Part shown: piece by piece, positions 45,312 to 55,001 of the stretch
Layout of the letters: the number at the start of each line of letters is the position of its first letter
How positions within the stretch are numbered: position 1 is the first letter of the stretch
Assembly (NCBI GenBank): GCA_028694155.1
Contig: JAQUTY010000003.1
Coordinates: 4,178-68,177, forward strand
DNA: 64,000 bases
Source: Eubacteriales bacterium
GTDB taxonomy: Bacteria; Bacillota; Clostridia; Christensenellales; CAG-138
Direction: 5' to 3'
The notes under the pieces: generated by a model
Databases searched by the model: none
Seen by the model: only the letters and a program-made list of their open reading frames with translations
What the model was told of the DNA's origin: nothing
Translations under genes and position numbers: made by a program

Positions 45312-46148
45312 TCACATCGAGTACGCATAGACGTTATGAAAATCGCTGCCTATAATAAGATTATCGTGCAGAAGTGCGCCCTTGTTGTACTGCCCGGTAG
45401 GAATCTCAATCCTGCCCTGCATTTCAAACGTTTGCTTGTCCCATAAGGATATACCGTTGTTGGCAATTACCAATGAGTCCCGATATATGCCGATGATCCG
45501 TGTCATGCCCTTCACGGCGTGATTCACGGAACGGATAACAGCAAGTGTCTTTATATCTATTGCCTTTATTGTCGTGTCTTGCGATACCGTATATAGTATG
45601 CCGTCGTCATATACAATGCTGTAAATATTTTTCCTGCAGGGTTTGGCCGCCCGCAGCATCTGCATATTGGTTTTATCCACTTCCACCAATCCGCCGTTGA
45701 CGGTTGCCGTATAAAGGAAATTACCGACAATGCAGTGTTCCCATGAGCTTTCTTCACAAATATCATGTTTGCTGACGGATAACGTTTCGATATTTAGAAC
45801 AGCCATCTTGCCGTTTCGAACATTGATATATGCGTCATGCTCATCAAATCTTACAACACCTAAATCGGAGGATAGATCCTGTCCAATCCGCATAATCTCC
45901 ACGACGTGCAAATCCGTTTTGTCTATCACAAGCAAATCACAGTAATCGGCTGCAACAATGTATTTGCCGCATACCGCGAAATTTCGGGACTTCCCATCTT
46001 TTGCAAAAACAACAGCTTGTCCCACAAGGCGCATATCGGTGATATCATACTTAAAGAAAGACCTCTTTGCGCGAATATACAGATATTGCCCGTCAATCGC
46101 CATGTTCAGTCCATCGTTTTCAATGTCAAGAATTTTTGTCGCAATCAA
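45312..46148 (-). CDS. hypothetical beta-propeller-like repeat protein
   Basis: 278 codons with recurring beta-strand-rich units of about 40 aa (e.g. GQYLYI, GKYIVAAD, GNFLYTAT, DGILYTVS). The TTG start overlaps the mazG-like stop (TTGA). Confidence 0.55.
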   Translation of the reverse strand: MIATKILDIENDGLNMAIDGQYLYIRAKRSFFKYDITDMRLVGQAVVFAKDGKSRNFAVCGKYIVAADYCDLLVIDKTDLHVVEIMRIGQDLSSDLGVVRFDEHDAYINVRNGKMAVLNIETLSVSKHDICEESSWEHCIVGNFLYTATVNGGLVEVDKTNMQMLRAAKPCRKNIYSIVYDDGILYTVSQDTTIKAIDIKTLAVIRSVNHAVKGMTRIIGIYRDSLVIANNGISLWDKQTFEMQGRIEIPTGQYNKGALLHDNLIIGSDFHNVYAYSM

Positions 46149-46492
46149 ACCGTTTCTCCTTCATTTTTTCGTTTGTCCGCGACAAACTGTTCCAAATTTG
46201 TTCTGTGATGATATTTTTCTGAGGCCACCATATCCTTGGCGAGAATAATATTATTCATATCAATCCCATTTAGGGCGGCAATGGCTATCGTGTAATGAAT
46301 CACATCGGCCAGTTTATTCCCCAGCAGCACCTGTAAATCTTCGCCTCCGATTGATTTCCTTCCCGCTTTTTTATTCAACACCTCGGCTGCATCTCCGATT
46401 TCCTCAACTAGCTTCATAAATAAGCTTTGGTCGTTTCCTCCGTTGTAATTGTCAAGTAAGTATGCCTCTAGCTCTTCAATAGTGACTTTCAT
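46145..46492 (-). CDS. MazG-like nucleotide pyrophosphohydrolase (small, all-alpha NTP-PPase)
   Basis: LVEEIGDAAEV and LADVIHYTIAIAALNGIDM motifs. RBS AGAGGTG. Confidence 0.75.
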   Translation of the reverse strand: MKVTIEELEAYLLDNYNGGNDQSLFMKLVEEIGDAAEVLNKKAGRKSIGGEDLQVLLGNKLADVIHYTIAIAALNGIDMNNIILAKDMVASEKYHHRTNLEQFVADKRKNEGETV

Positions 46493-46528
46493 TTAATGCA
46501 CCTCTGTAAATTCCGATTTGTTGAGCCT

Positions 46529-46557
46529 ATTTTATCAAATAAAAATGACTTTTTCAA
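46529..46557 (-). promoter_or_regulatory. sigma-A promoter of the mazG-like operon
   Basis: Minus strand TTGAAA (46557-46552), 17 nt, TAAAAT (46534-46529). Confidence 0.6.
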
Positions 46558-46689
46558 CCTAATACAGTGAGGTATCAAGTAAACTATTAAGTATGCAAAG
46601 AACCGTTTAACGAGTACAAAAGTGCTAACACTCTGATGACCGTCAGACAGTAATTTCCTTTATACACGTCAAACGGCAGAATACAAAAA

Positions 46690-46728
46690 AGCCCGCAAAA
46701 CGCCTTATGGCAAGACCTTTTGCGGGCA
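46690..46728 (-). terminator. rho-independent terminator (second of a tandem pair downstream of the tRNA operon)
   Basis: GCCCGCAAAA pairs with TTTTGCGGGC, with a TTTTTT tail on the minus strand. Confidence 0.7.
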
Positions 46729-46739
46729 AGTGGGCAAAA

Positions 46740-46779
46740 GTAAGAACGCAAGCATCGTATCAATGTTTGCGTTCTTATC
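46740..46779 (-). terminator. rho-independent terminator directly after tRNA-Leu(CAG)
   Basis: TAAGAACGCAA pairs with TTGCGTTCTTA, with a CTTTTG tail on the minus strand. Confidence 0.65.
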
Positions 46780-46866
46780 TGGTGCGGGAAACAGGACTTG
46801 AACCTGCATGAAATTGCTTTCACACGGACCTGAACCGTGCGCGTCTGCCAATTCCGCCATTCCCGC
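46780..46866 (-). tRNA. tRNA-Leu (anticodon CAG)
   Basis: Reverse complement GCGGGAATGGCGGAATTGGCAGACGCGCACGGTTCAGGTCCGTG... Long variable arm, ends TTCCCGCACCA. Confidence 0.9.
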
Positions 46867-46874
46867 TAATAAAA

Positions 46875-46959
<85 letters not shown>

Positions 46960-46989
46960 ACGTATTTATTAAAGGTATTAAGTTGTCAA

Positions 46990-47065
46990 TGGAGCTGGAG
47001 ATGGGACTCGAACCCGCGACCTGCTGATTACAAATCAGCTGCTCTACCAATTGAGCTACTCCAGC
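46990..47065 (-). tRNA. tRNA-Thr (anticodon TGT)
   Basis: Reverse complement GCTGGAGTAGCTCAATTGGTAGAGCAGCTGATTTGTAATCAGCAGG... One C-A mismatch in the T stem. Confidence 0.85.
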
Positions 47066-47070
47066 AAAGT

Positions 47071-47146
47071 TGGTGCCTCAGAGTGGACTTGAACCACCGA
47101 CACAGGGATTTTCAGTCCCTTGCTCTACCAACTGAGCTACCGAGGC
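47071..47146 (-). tRNA. tRNA-Phe (anticodon GAA)
   Basis: Reverse complement GCCTCGGTAGCTCAGTTGGTAGAGCAAGGGACTGAAAATCCCTGTG... Confidence 0.9.
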
Positions 47147-47149
47147 ACA

Positions 47150-47226
47150 TGGCGACCCGGAGGGGGCTCGAACCCCTGACCTCCAGCGTGACAGGCTGGC
47201 ATTCTAACCAACTGAACTACCGGGCC
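47150..47226 (-). tRNA. tRNA-Asp (anticodon GTC)
   Basis: Reverse complement GGCCCGGTAGTTCAGTTGGTTAGAATGCCAGCCTGTCACGCTGGAGG..., ends GCCA. Confidence 0.9.
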
Positions 47227-47247
47227 ATCTTGTCTCGAACAGCAATT

Positions 47248-47324
47248 TGGTGGGCCTTCAGGGACTCGAACCCCGGACCAATCGGTTATGAGCCGACCGC
47301 TCTGACCAACTGAGCTAAAGGCCC
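47248..47324 (-). tRNA. tRNA with CAT anticodon (body resembles lysidine-type tRNA-Ile2; elongator Met not excluded)
   Basis: Reverse complement GGGCCTTTAGCTCAGTTGGTCAGAGCGGTCGGCTCATAACCGATTGG... Confidence 0.85.
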
Positions 47325-47332
47325 AATGTTAC

Positions 47333-47408
47333 TGGTGACCCCGAGGAGACTCGAACTCCTGTTACCGCCGTGAAAGGGCGGTGTCTTAGACCGCTTGACC
47401 ACGGGGCC
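47333..47408 (-). tRNA. tRNA-Glu (anticodon TTC)
   Basis: Reverse complement GGCCCCGTGGTCAAGCGGTCTAAGACACCGCCCTTTCACGGCGGTAAC... Confidence 0.9.
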
Positions 47409-47418
47409 ACAATACAAT

Positions 47419-47495
47419 TGGTCGGGGTGAGAGGATTTGAACCTCCGGCCCCATGCTCCCAAAGCACGTGCGCTACCGGACTGCGCTACACCCCG
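47419..47495 (-). tRNA. tRNA-Pro (anticodon TGG)
   Basis: Reverse complement CGGGGTGTAGCGCAGTCCGGTAGCGCACGTGCTTTGGGAGCATGGGG... Confidence 0.9.
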
Positions 47496-47527
47496 AAGTG
47501 CTTCGCCTTGCTTTTCGCGACCAAATT

Positions 47528-47556
47528 AATATACAACAAGGAAACAAAAATGTCAA
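47528..47556 (-). promoter_or_regulatory. sigma-A promoter of the 8-tRNA operon
   Basis: Minus strand TTGACA (47556-47551), 17 nt, TATATT (47533-47528). Confidence 0.7.
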
Positions 47557-47594
47557 CAACTAAATCGAATTTTTTTGAAAAATGTTTTTTATTT

Positions 47595-48806
47595 TCAAAA
47601 CACAATCCACATCAGTATTGACAGTCCCATAAGTACCAAGCCCACATAAGGCAGTTTCTTTCTGTTGGGCAGGTAATATGGAGACAAAAAGAATATTCCT
47701 ATGAACCATAGTGTTATTGATGCAATATTTGGGGACTTGATGGACAGAGTCCCAACGTCTATTAACTGCATCAACCAGTTTATTGCATATATCATGCCTT
47801 TTGGAACATATGCAACAACAAAAGCAACAGCAGGGCTAATAAAGAATACAACCACTGATAACATCGAAAACACGATTAAAAGCGATGCTATTGGCATAAT
47901 TAGGAGTGTTGCTAAAATTGCAGTTGCTGATACTTCGCCAAAGAACGCAGCAAACCAAGGTAGAAGCGTTACATTTACGGCTATGCCTGATGCCAATAAA
48001 TTGTTTAGACCTTTATGCTTGATGCCAAGTAAATCTGATATCGGCGGTGCGAGCATAAAAATCCCATACATTGCACCATATGACAGTAAGAATCCGGCCG
48101 ATGAAACGGAATCAGGAAAAATGAGTACAGTTACAGTTAAAGCAATGCAGAATGCGGATAGGTAGTCACTCTTTCTTCTTGCAAGTTTTGCAGACATAAC
48201 CACCAGAATCATTATTGCTGCTCGTATCGTAGATGGCGAGAAGTCCGTGATTATGATGTATAGCAGCAAGAAGGCAACTAATACGGACGCCTTTAGCCAT
48301 CTTGAGGTTCCACGCAGCACACGAAGAATTGCGCCGCAAAGAATTGAGATATGTAGCCCCGATATGGCGAATAGATGGATAATTCCATTGTTAATATATA
48401 TCTGATAAAGCCAACGTGGAATCTCATATTTCTCACCCAACAGCAATCCTTTGACTATTCCCGAATAGTTTCCGTACAGGCTGTCAACATTACCTTCAAG
48501 GCTTTCCCTAAGCGACCTGGTCCAACTAAATACTGACGAGGAATCAAAGTCAATCACAATATTTTGAAAGAAATACACTCGACAAAGCATCAATAGTGCA
48601 AACAGACAGAACAATGACGCTTTTGAATAATTGCGCCAAAGAAGTACAGTTGCAACAATAAGAGCCAGTGCAATGGCAATTATAAACAGATCGCTTGAAA
48701 TGTTCGACAAACAAAAACCGAACAACACTCCCAACACGAGAACTATCGCAGGTCTGTTATTTATGATTTTCGTATCTCTTATCGTATTGTCTAACGAATC
48801 TGTCAT
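47595..48806 (-). CDS. ComEC/Rec2-family membrane protein (competence-channel core only, no beta-lactamase domain)
   Basis: Polytopic protein. HLFAISGLHISIL and AGFLLSYGAM motifs are typical of the ComEC competence domain. Only 403 aa. Confidence 0.75.
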   Translation of the reverse strand: MTDSLDNTIRDTKIINNRPAIVLVLGVLFGFCLSNISSDLFIIAIALALIVATVLLWRNYSKASLFCLFALLMLCRVYFFQNIVIDFDSSSVFSWTRSLRESLEGNVDSLYGNYSGIVKGLLLGEKYEIPRWLYQIYINNGIIHLFAISGLHISILCGAILRVLRGTSRWLKASVLVAFLLLYIIITDFSPSTIRAAIMILVVMSAKLARRKSDYLSAFCIALTVTVLIFPDSVSSAGFLLSYGAMYGIFMLAPPISDLLGIKHKGLNNLLASGIAVNVTLLPWFAAFFGEVSATAILATLLIMPIASLLIVFSMLSVVVFFISPAVAFVVAYVPKGMIYAINWLMQLIDVGTLSIKSPNIASITLWFIGIFFLSPYYLPNRKKLPYVGLVLMGLSILMWIVF

Positions 48807-48845
48807 ACATAAAAAGCGAGGGCATTTAACCCTCGCAATATGGTA

Positions 48846-51482
48846 CTATCTCTCTTTTATGAGCAATTCTCTGCGATGCTGCAGCTTTGAAAGCATATCC
48901 CGATACATCTCGAGCTTTCGCTGTTCTTCGGCAACTACGTTGGCAGGCGCCTTTGCAACAAAGCTGGGATTGGACAGCTTGCCGTTTGCACGATTCATCT
49001 CGTTTTCGGCGTTCTTTAGCTCTCCTTCAATTCTGCCAAGCTCGACTTCTATATCCACAAGCGATGCAAGCGGAATGATTGCCTCTGCCCCATCGCACAC
49101 AAGATGAATGTCGCTTGCCTTTTGGCTCTTCGTTTCTGCGCAGATGACAATTTCGCTAATTCCTGCAAGTCTCATAAAGTATGGCTTTGCCGTCTCAAAA
49201 GCAGTGGCATCTTTGACAATGATTTCGGCGGATATCTTTTGTGAGGGCGGAACCTTCATCTCGGCTCGAAGATTTCGAATTGAGCGGATCAAGTCCATCA
49301 CTATGTCCATATGCTTCATATCATCTACAAAGACACAGTTTTCATCGGTCTTAGGCCAATTGGACAGCATAATGGTCTTATCAGAGTTGGGAAGCTGCTG
49401 ATAAAGCTCCTCGGTGATAAACGGCATGAATGGGTGCAGGAGCTTTAACGACTTAGTAAGAACGTCAATAAGAACTGCTAAAGTGTTGTTTTTCTGATTC
49501 GCTTGGTCGCTGTATAAGGCCGGTTTTGCCATCTCAATATACCAGTCGCACAGTTCTGTCCAAATGAAGTCATAAATCTTTTGTGCTGCAATGTTGAGTT
49601 CATGTGCATCAAGATTCGAGGTCACCTCTCCGATTATGTTATCCATGCGTGTAAGTATCCACTTATCCGCCAGAGTAAGGAGTTTTTCATCGATAGAGTA
49701 TTCCACATCGTCTTCTACACTCATCAGAACAAATCTGGAAGCATTATAGACCTTGTTGCAGAAATTACGGGCAGCTTCAACCTTCTCGATATAAAAGCGC
49801 ATATCATTACCTGCGGAATTCCCTGTAATCAGCGAAAAGCGCAGTGCATCCGAACCGTAGTCCTTCACTATCTCAAGCGGATCTATGCCGTTTCCAAGCG
49901 ATTTCGACATTTTTCTGCCTTGAGAATCACGCAACAGACCGTGGATATATACCGTGTCGAAGGGCTTCTCCCCCATCACCTCATAACCAAACACGATCAT
50001 TCGAGCAACCCAGAAGAAAATTATGTCGTAACCTGTAATCAACGTGCTCGTGGGGTAAAAATACTTCAATTCCTCCGTGTTGTCCGGGTACCCCAGCGTA
50101 GAGAAGGGCCACATGCCGGAGCTGAACCATGTATCCAGCACGTCCTCATCTTGACGCATGGGCTGACCGCATTTGGGGCAAAGCTCCACATTCTCCTCAG
50201 ACACAACAGTCTCGCCGCAGGCATCGCAATAGTAGGCAGGTATACGATGACCCCACCAAAGCTGACGCGAGATGCACCAATCACGGATATTCTCCATCCA
50301 GTTATAGTAAGTCTTGGTGAATCTTTCGGGAACGAACTTAATCTCTCCATTTCGTACAGCTTCCAAAGCAGGCTTGGCAAGTGGTTTCATGTCCACAAAC
50401 CACTGCTTTGACACTATGGATTCGCTGGTTGTATGGCATCTGTAGCAGGTGCCAACATTATGCTTGTAGTTTTCAATCTTGACTAAATTGCCACAAGCTT
50501 CTAGTGCGTCCACCAACTGCTTTCTGCATTCAAAGCGGTCAAGCCCTTCAAACCGTCCGCCAAGCTCATTTATGTGACCGTCATCTGTAAAGACTCGCAT
50601 AATAGGCAGTCCACATCTCTGACCCACCTCAAAGTCGTTAGGATCGTGTCCCGGAGTGATTTTTACAGCACCAGTGCCAAAATCCATTTCGCAATACTCA
50701 TCAGCGACAATAGGAATTTCACGGTTTACCACAGGAATGATTACGGTCTTGCCTATGATATCGGTGTATCTTTCATCTTTTGGATTGACCGCTATGGCAG
50801 TATCGCCAAGCATTGTCTCGGGTCGTGTTGTTGCCACAGTAATGCTGTAACTCTTATCGGGTGCATCATAACGAATATGCCAAAGATGGCTGTCCTGCTC
50901 CTGATACTCAATTTCAGCGTCCGAAAGAGCCGTCTTGCAGCAAGGACACCAGTTAATAATTCTGTCGCCCCTGTAAATAAGCCCCTTGTCATACAAACGC
51001 TTGAATACCTTGAGCACTGCTTTGTTGCAACCATCGTCCATGGTGAAACGCTCACGTTCCCAATCGCATGAAGAGCCGAGTTTTCTTAGCTGTTTGACGA
51101 TTGTTTTTCCATATTCATTTCGCCAATCCCATGCACGCTTCAAAAAGGCTTCTCTGCCAATGTCTTGCTTGTGAATGCCTTCCTTTGCCATCTGCTCGAC
51201 AATCTTGACCTCGGTTGCGATGGATGCATGGTCTGTGCCCGGCAGCCAGAGCGTCTCATATCCCGACATACGCTTATAGCGAATCAAAACATCTTGCAAA
51301 GAGTTGTCAATCGCATGTCCCATATGTAGCTTGCCTGTAATGTTGGGTGGTGGAATCACAATGCAATATGGTTTCTTTTGTGGATTTGGCTGGGCATGAA
51401 AGAAGCCGGACTCCTCCCACCATGAGTACAACCTGCTCTCCACTGACGAATGGTCATAACTTTTTGGTAGCTCTTGTTTCAT
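48846..51482 (-). CDS. valS: valyl-tRNA synthetase
   Basis: HMGH (HIGH) and KMSKS motifs, CP1 editing domain, C-terminal coiled coil. ATG 51482 follows GAGGTG. The track start 51521 lies inside the T-box terminator. Confidence 0.96.
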   Translation of the reverse strand: MKQELPKSYDHSSVESRLYSWWEESGFFHAQPNPQKKPYCIVIPPPNITGKLHMGHAIDNSLQDVLIRYKRMSGYETLWLPGTDHASIATEVKIVEQMAKEGIHKQDIGREAFLKRAWDWRNEYGKTIVKQLRKLGSSCDWERERFTMDDGCNKAVLKVFKRLYDKGLIYRGDRIINWCPCCKTALSDAEIEYQEQDSHLWHIRYDAPDKSYSITVATTRPETMLGDTAIAVNPKDERYTDIIGKTVIIPVVNREIPIVADEYCEMDFGTGAVKITPGHDPNDFEVGQRCGLPIMRVFTDDGHINELGGRFEGLDRFECRKQLVDALEACGNLVKIENYKHNVGTCYRCHTTSESIVSKQWFVDMKPLAKPALEAVRNGEIKFVPERFTKTYYNWMENIRDWCISRQLWWGHRIPAYYCDACGETVVSEENVELCPKCGQPMRQDEDVLDTWFSSGMWPFSTLGYPDNTEELKYFYPTSTLITGYDIIFFWVARMIVFGYEVMGEKPFDTVYIHGLLRDSQGRKMSKSLGNGIDPLEIVKDYGSDALRFSLITGNSAGNDMRFYIEKVEAARNFCNKVYNASRFVLMSVEDDVEYSIDEKLLTLADKWILTRMDNIIGEVTSNLDAHELNIAAQKIYDFIWTELCDWYIEMAKPALYSDQANQKNNTLAVLIDVLTKSLKLLHPFMPFITEELYQQLPNSDKTIMLSNWPKTDENCVFVDDMKHMDIVMDLIRSIRNLRAEMKVPPSQKISAEIIVKDATAFETAKPYFMRLAGISEIVICAETKSQKASDIHLVCDGAEAIIPLASLVDIEVELGRIEGELKNAENEMNRANGKLSNPSFVAKAPANVVAEEQRKLEMYRDMLSKLQHRRELLIKER

Positions 51483-51729
51483 ATCAATCACCTCAAGATA
51501 AAAATAGTCCCGCATCGTCAAAGGACGAAGCGGGAGCTCGCGGTACCACCTTTGTTAGACGACATATAGATCGTCTCACTCGAAGCTATAACGCAGCTGC
51601 TGCGGGTACAACTAATTGTTCATTGCACCGACTCCAAAGCGACATTCAACGATTTCGTTCCAAAGGGCTCTTACAGCAGCTGAGTCCTCTCTCTGTTGGC
51701 GATTGCGTCTACTCCTCTTTTTCCACGTC
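51483..51729 (-). promoter_or_regulatory. T-box riboswitch leader, Val specifier (GUU), with terminator
   Basis: Minus-strand T-box AACAAAGGTGGTACCGCGAG (plus 51537-51556). Stem I AGAGAG and GTAAGAG elements. CAGCTGCTG/CAGCAGCTG helix. GTT-A specifier at 51592-51589. Terminator stem 51508-51535 plus a T run. Confidence 0.9.
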
Positions 51730-51735
51730 TTGTTG

Positions 51736-51764
51736 ATGATATTACTAATACCGACACTTGTCAA
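51736..51764 (-). promoter_or_regulatory. sigma-A promoter of valS
   Basis: Minus strand TTGACA (51764-51759), 17 nt, TATCAT (51741-51736). The -35 overlaps the stop codon of the upstream gene. Confidence 0.65.
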
Positions 51765-53581
51765 GACCCATTTTTTGCTGCCCATTCCAGCATCTTGGGC
51801 TTGATTAGGTTGAAATAAGCTGGGCCTAAATCGAGGTATGCTTTGTGATACTCGACCAAATCATACACCGATATACTCTCACATTCATTCGATATTGCAA
51901 TCTGGTTGCAAAAGCCAAGTGCATACTTGAAATAGTATGTCGGCATATTGATAGAATTAGTATACATATAGTTGGCGTAGGTTGAGCAGCTATACTTGTC
52001 GAGATATTCTGTGAGTTGCTCAAAAGAAAAATCATAATAGTTGACAAGAATACTCGATATTGCACCCAACAAAATAAACATATTGTCATCGGCGCACACC
52101 GATTGGCAGTAATTCGTCCCAATTTGCTCAGAGTACATTGCGGTATACAGTTCTGCATTCATTGCCCAACCTTCGACATAGCCAATAGGCTCCATCACCT
52201 GCACAAATAGGCTTGCATTGCCAATAGAGCCTTGGTATGTATGCTGATACATATGACCTACATATCCCTCATGTGCCAGCACGAACAAATCAGACTCGTA
52301 TTTCGGATTGAGGAGTATAGTATTGTCCTGCCAACAATCCAAAGGCGGAACCAGATAGGCTGCCGGGCTAAAGGTATTTTGCTGCTCGTTGGGAATTACT
52401 GCATATTTTACATCGACATCGGGACATGATGGAAGAAAGTTATCTGCGATGGAGCGCAGATACAGTGCATCGGATTCTACCGTGCCCGTCGTAATGCGTG
52501 AAGGATATTCAAAAACTGTGGGGTCTTGCGCATAGATTGTGGCTATCATCAGTTGCATATCCTCTACTTGGGATTCCAATAGCTCACGGGCCTCATTTAC
52601 AAGCAGATTGGAAGAGCTGTCTATCTTTAGCATCACCTCAAAATATTTCCTTGCGCTTGAATCCTGATTGATTATTCCTGCCGATTGTCTGCAATATTGT
52701 CTAAGCTCAGACAAGCCAAGATACAAGTTTTCAAACCCACCCAGATATGAATTTACCACTAATTCCTGTTGGCGAGCGCAATACACCTCTATCTCCACCT
52801 GCGATATGTCCTCAATGTCGGATATGGTCTCTTCAAAGGACGGGATTAAGAAACAGTTCTCCGCACTACTTACAATAGAATATAGGTCAGAGAGTATTCT
52901 GTCCAGCGCATCTTCTGTCATATAAATACCCATGTTCGCACGCTGGCGTTCGTGTTCAAGTATCTGCTCAAGATAACGAGGTACATCAGCAAGCAACTCT
53001 AAATACAGTTCAACATCTTCTTTGGTTTCTAAGCGGAATAATTCAAAGAATATTGGAAGGTTCGCCTGTATACCCACATACAGATCGAGTGGTTCACGAT
53101 AGATATAGACCTCTTCATATTGGATTTGCAGCTCCAAGTACTGTTTGATTACGCTGTATGCAAAGGAATGATCTTCGTTAAGCTCATCGGGATTAATCTC
53201 ATTAAGTTGGGAAAGAAAGCCCTGAAGCGTAATTATCGAGCTCAATGAATGTTCTTGAGAGTAGTCTCCCAGAGTATTGGGGACAAGGGAAACATCAATG
53301 TTATATGCGCTGGGGTCCTTAATGGCTTGGTGCAGATATGTTGCGTCCTGTGTAACATACCAAATAAACATCTCTCTATCAATCTGGTCGAAACGCTCTG
53401 CATCTGAAACAACGCTTGGTGTGCTGTAAATATTCGTATCAGAGGGTTGTGCTGAGTGCTGTTCTGCCGTGGAATCAGAAATCCCCAAATCGTCACGCAC
53501 TTTCTCGTGACAGGCAAGAGAACCGACAAGCAGTATGACGCAAAGTAAAATTGATATTAGCTTTAAAACATATTTACTCAT
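51761..53581 (-). CDS. DUF885-family lipoprotein (metallopeptidase-like HExxGH)
   Basis: MSKYVLKLISILLCVILLVGSLAC lipobox. HEGYVGHMYQH motif. ATG 53581 overlaps the rluD stop. The track start 53713 was trimmed. Confidence 0.75.
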   Translation of the reverse strand: MSKYVLKLISILLCVILLVGSLACHEKVRDDLGISDSTAEQHSAQPSDTNIYSTPSVVSDAERFDQIDREMFIWYVTQDATYLHQAIKDPSAYNIDVSLVPNTLGDYSQEHSLSSIITLQGFLSQLNEINPDELNEDHSFAYSVIKQYLELQIQYEEVYIYREPLDLYVGIQANLPIFFELFRLETKEDVELYLELLADVPRYLEQILEHERQRANMGIYMTEDALDRILSDLYSIVSSAENCFLIPSFEETISDIEDISQVEIEVYCARQQELVVNSYLGGFENLYLGLSELRQYCRQSAGIINQDSSARKYFEVMLKIDSSSNLLVNEARELLESQVEDMQLMIATIYAQDPTVFEYPSRITTGTVESDALYLRSIADNFLPSCPDVDVKYAVIPNEQQNTFSPAAYLVPPLDCWQDNTILLNPKYESDLFVLAHEGYVGHMYQHTYQGSIGNASLFVQVMEPIGYVEGWAMNAELYTAMYSEQIGTNYCQSVCADDNMFILLGAISSILVNYYDFSFEQLTEYLDKYSCSTYANYMYTNSINMPTYYFKYALGFCNQIAISNECESISVYDLVEYHKAYLDLGPAYFNLIKPKMLEWAAKNGS

Positions 53582-54509
53582 CAAAAAGCTCCTTTGCCCA
53601 ATATAAATCGGAGTTGTATTTTCTAAGCACATCCAAAAAATAATCAGGTATACTAGCGTAAAACACACGGACCTTCTTTGTACGGGGGTGTACAAACTGC
53701 AACCTGTAACCATGAAGCATTTGACCCATCAAACCGAGCTTGCTGTCCTGCGAGCCATATACGTTGTCACCAACCACAGGGTGCTGTATATGTGCCATAT
53801 GCACCCTTATCTGATGGGTTCTGCCCGTCTCCAGATTGAGTCTTAGAAGCGTTACCGAACCAAAACGTTCAAGCACCTTCCAATGAGTAATTGCGGTTTT
53901 ACCATCAGCATCAACTGCCATGCGCTTGCGATCGGTTCTATGTCTGGCGATAGGGGCGTTGACCGTTCCGCTATCTTCCCTAAGATTGCCATGAACAAGA
54001 GAAATATAGCTCCTGCGTGCAGAGTGCTCCGCAAATTGCTTGGATAGCTCCTCATGCGTGTAATCGTTCTTTGCTACTACAAGCAAACCGCTTGTGAACT
54101 TATCTATTCGGTGAACTATTCCGGGTCTAATCGTATCATTAGCATTTGAGAGAGTACCGATATGATACATTAAAGCATTAACAAGAGTGCCGTTCGTGTT
54201 GCCCACCGCTGGGTGGACAACCATTCCCTGCGGCTTATTGACAACGCATAAATCATCATCTTCGTAAAGAATATCAAGAGGAATATCCTGTGGGACGGCT
54301 TCCAAGCTAGGCTGATCAGGTATAGTTACTGCTATCATGTCCTCGGTGGCCACTACTGCATTCTTCTTGCAAACAGCTCCATTGATGGTGACATAGCCGT
54401 CTTTTATCAATGATTGTATGCGTGAGCGAGAACAATCAGTATTCATAGATAGAAATGAATCTATCCTCTCTCCTCCGATGTTTACTTTGATAGCAATATA
54501 ATCACTCAT
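53574..54509 (-). CDS. rluD: 23S rRNA pseudouridine synthase, RluA/RluD family
   Basis: N-terminal S4 domain. Catalytic HRIDKFTSGLLVVAK. HQIRVH motif. Confidence 0.9.
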   Translation of the reverse strand: MSDYIAIKVNIGGERIDSFLSMNTDCSRSRIQSLIKDGYVTINGAVCKKNAVVATEDMIAVTIPDQPSLEAVPQDIPLDILYEDDDLCVVNKPQGMVVHPAVGNTNGTLVNALMYHIGTLSNANDTIRPGIVHRIDKFTSGLLVVAKNDYTHEELSKQFAEHSARRSYISLVHGNLREDSGTVNAPIARHRTDRKRMAVDADGKTAITHWKVLERFGSVTLLRLNLETGRTHQIRVHMAHIQHPVVGDNVYGSQDSKLGLMGQMLHGYRLQFVHPRTKKVRVFYASIPDYFLDVLRKYNSDLYWAKELFDE

Positions 54510-54999
54510 CTTCCTTCGTTTTCTTTAAGGTTTTGATATCTTGCTCAATAACGGAGAATACATTCTTCTTAATAAAGAGAACTTCGATGACAAGAAGAAT
54601 TGTCCCAATCACAATCGAGCTGTCAGCAATATTGAACACAGGGAACGAGACAAAGGTTACCTCGATCATGTCACGAACATAGCCTAAAAGAACTCTGTCG
54701 ATAAGGTTGCCCACTGCGCCTGCGAAAATCAACGCAACGATAATCCGTGAGAGCGTAGTAAAATTCTTGTGGTTCCTGATGGTGAGCCAAACGAGCAAAC
54801 CACAAAAAATGAACGTAATAATGATTAGGACTATTGTGGCGTTGGATAGTATTCCCCATGCTGCCCCACGGTTTTGCACATACGTTAGTTGCGCAACGCC
54901 GTCAATCAAAACGATGGGCGATTGACAAAAAATTTCAGCTAAATATTTACTCACCATGTCGATGATGATAATTACGGCTGCTATAATGATCTCAAGCAT
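54502..54999 (-). CDS. lspA: lipoprotein signal peptidase II
   Basis: NRGAAWG, GAVGNLIDR and FNIADS motifs. 4 TM helices. Confidence 0.92.
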   Translation of the reverse strand: MLEIIIAAVIIIIDMVSKYLAEIFCQSPIVLIDGVAQLTYVQNRGAAWGILSNATIVLIIITFIFCGLLVWLTIRNHKNFTTLSRIIVALIFAGAVGNLIDRVLLGYVRDMIEVTFVSFPVFNIADSSIVIGTILLVIEVLFIKKNVFSVIEQDIKTLKKTKEDE

Positions 55000-55001
55000 A
55001 G

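Noticed and set aside
46587-46823. 78-codon minus-strand ORF.
   Set aside because: It overlaps two terminator hairpins and the 3' end of tRNA-Leu(CAG).
47083-47621. Track ORFs of 76 and 83 codons on the plus strand.
   Set aside because: They are antisense readings of the tRNA array.
49581-50411. 276-codon plus-strand ORF. Similar long antisense ORFs occur at 17457-17981, 37486-37944, 47701-48165, 48631-49107 and 50574-51071.
   Set aside because: All lie fully inside well-supported genes on the opposite strand (valS, the 801-aa membrane protein, mutL, comEC-like). They show no RBS or family signal and are treated as shadow ORFs.
51483-51521. 5' extensions of valS in the ORF track (also of the DUF885 gene 53582-53713, coaE 56171-56248, degV 25040-25063 and the lipoprotein 44789-44944).
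   Set aside because: The extensions run through regulatory RNA or upstream genes and lack an RBS. Internal ATGs with good SD sequences and canonical N-termini were chosen instead.
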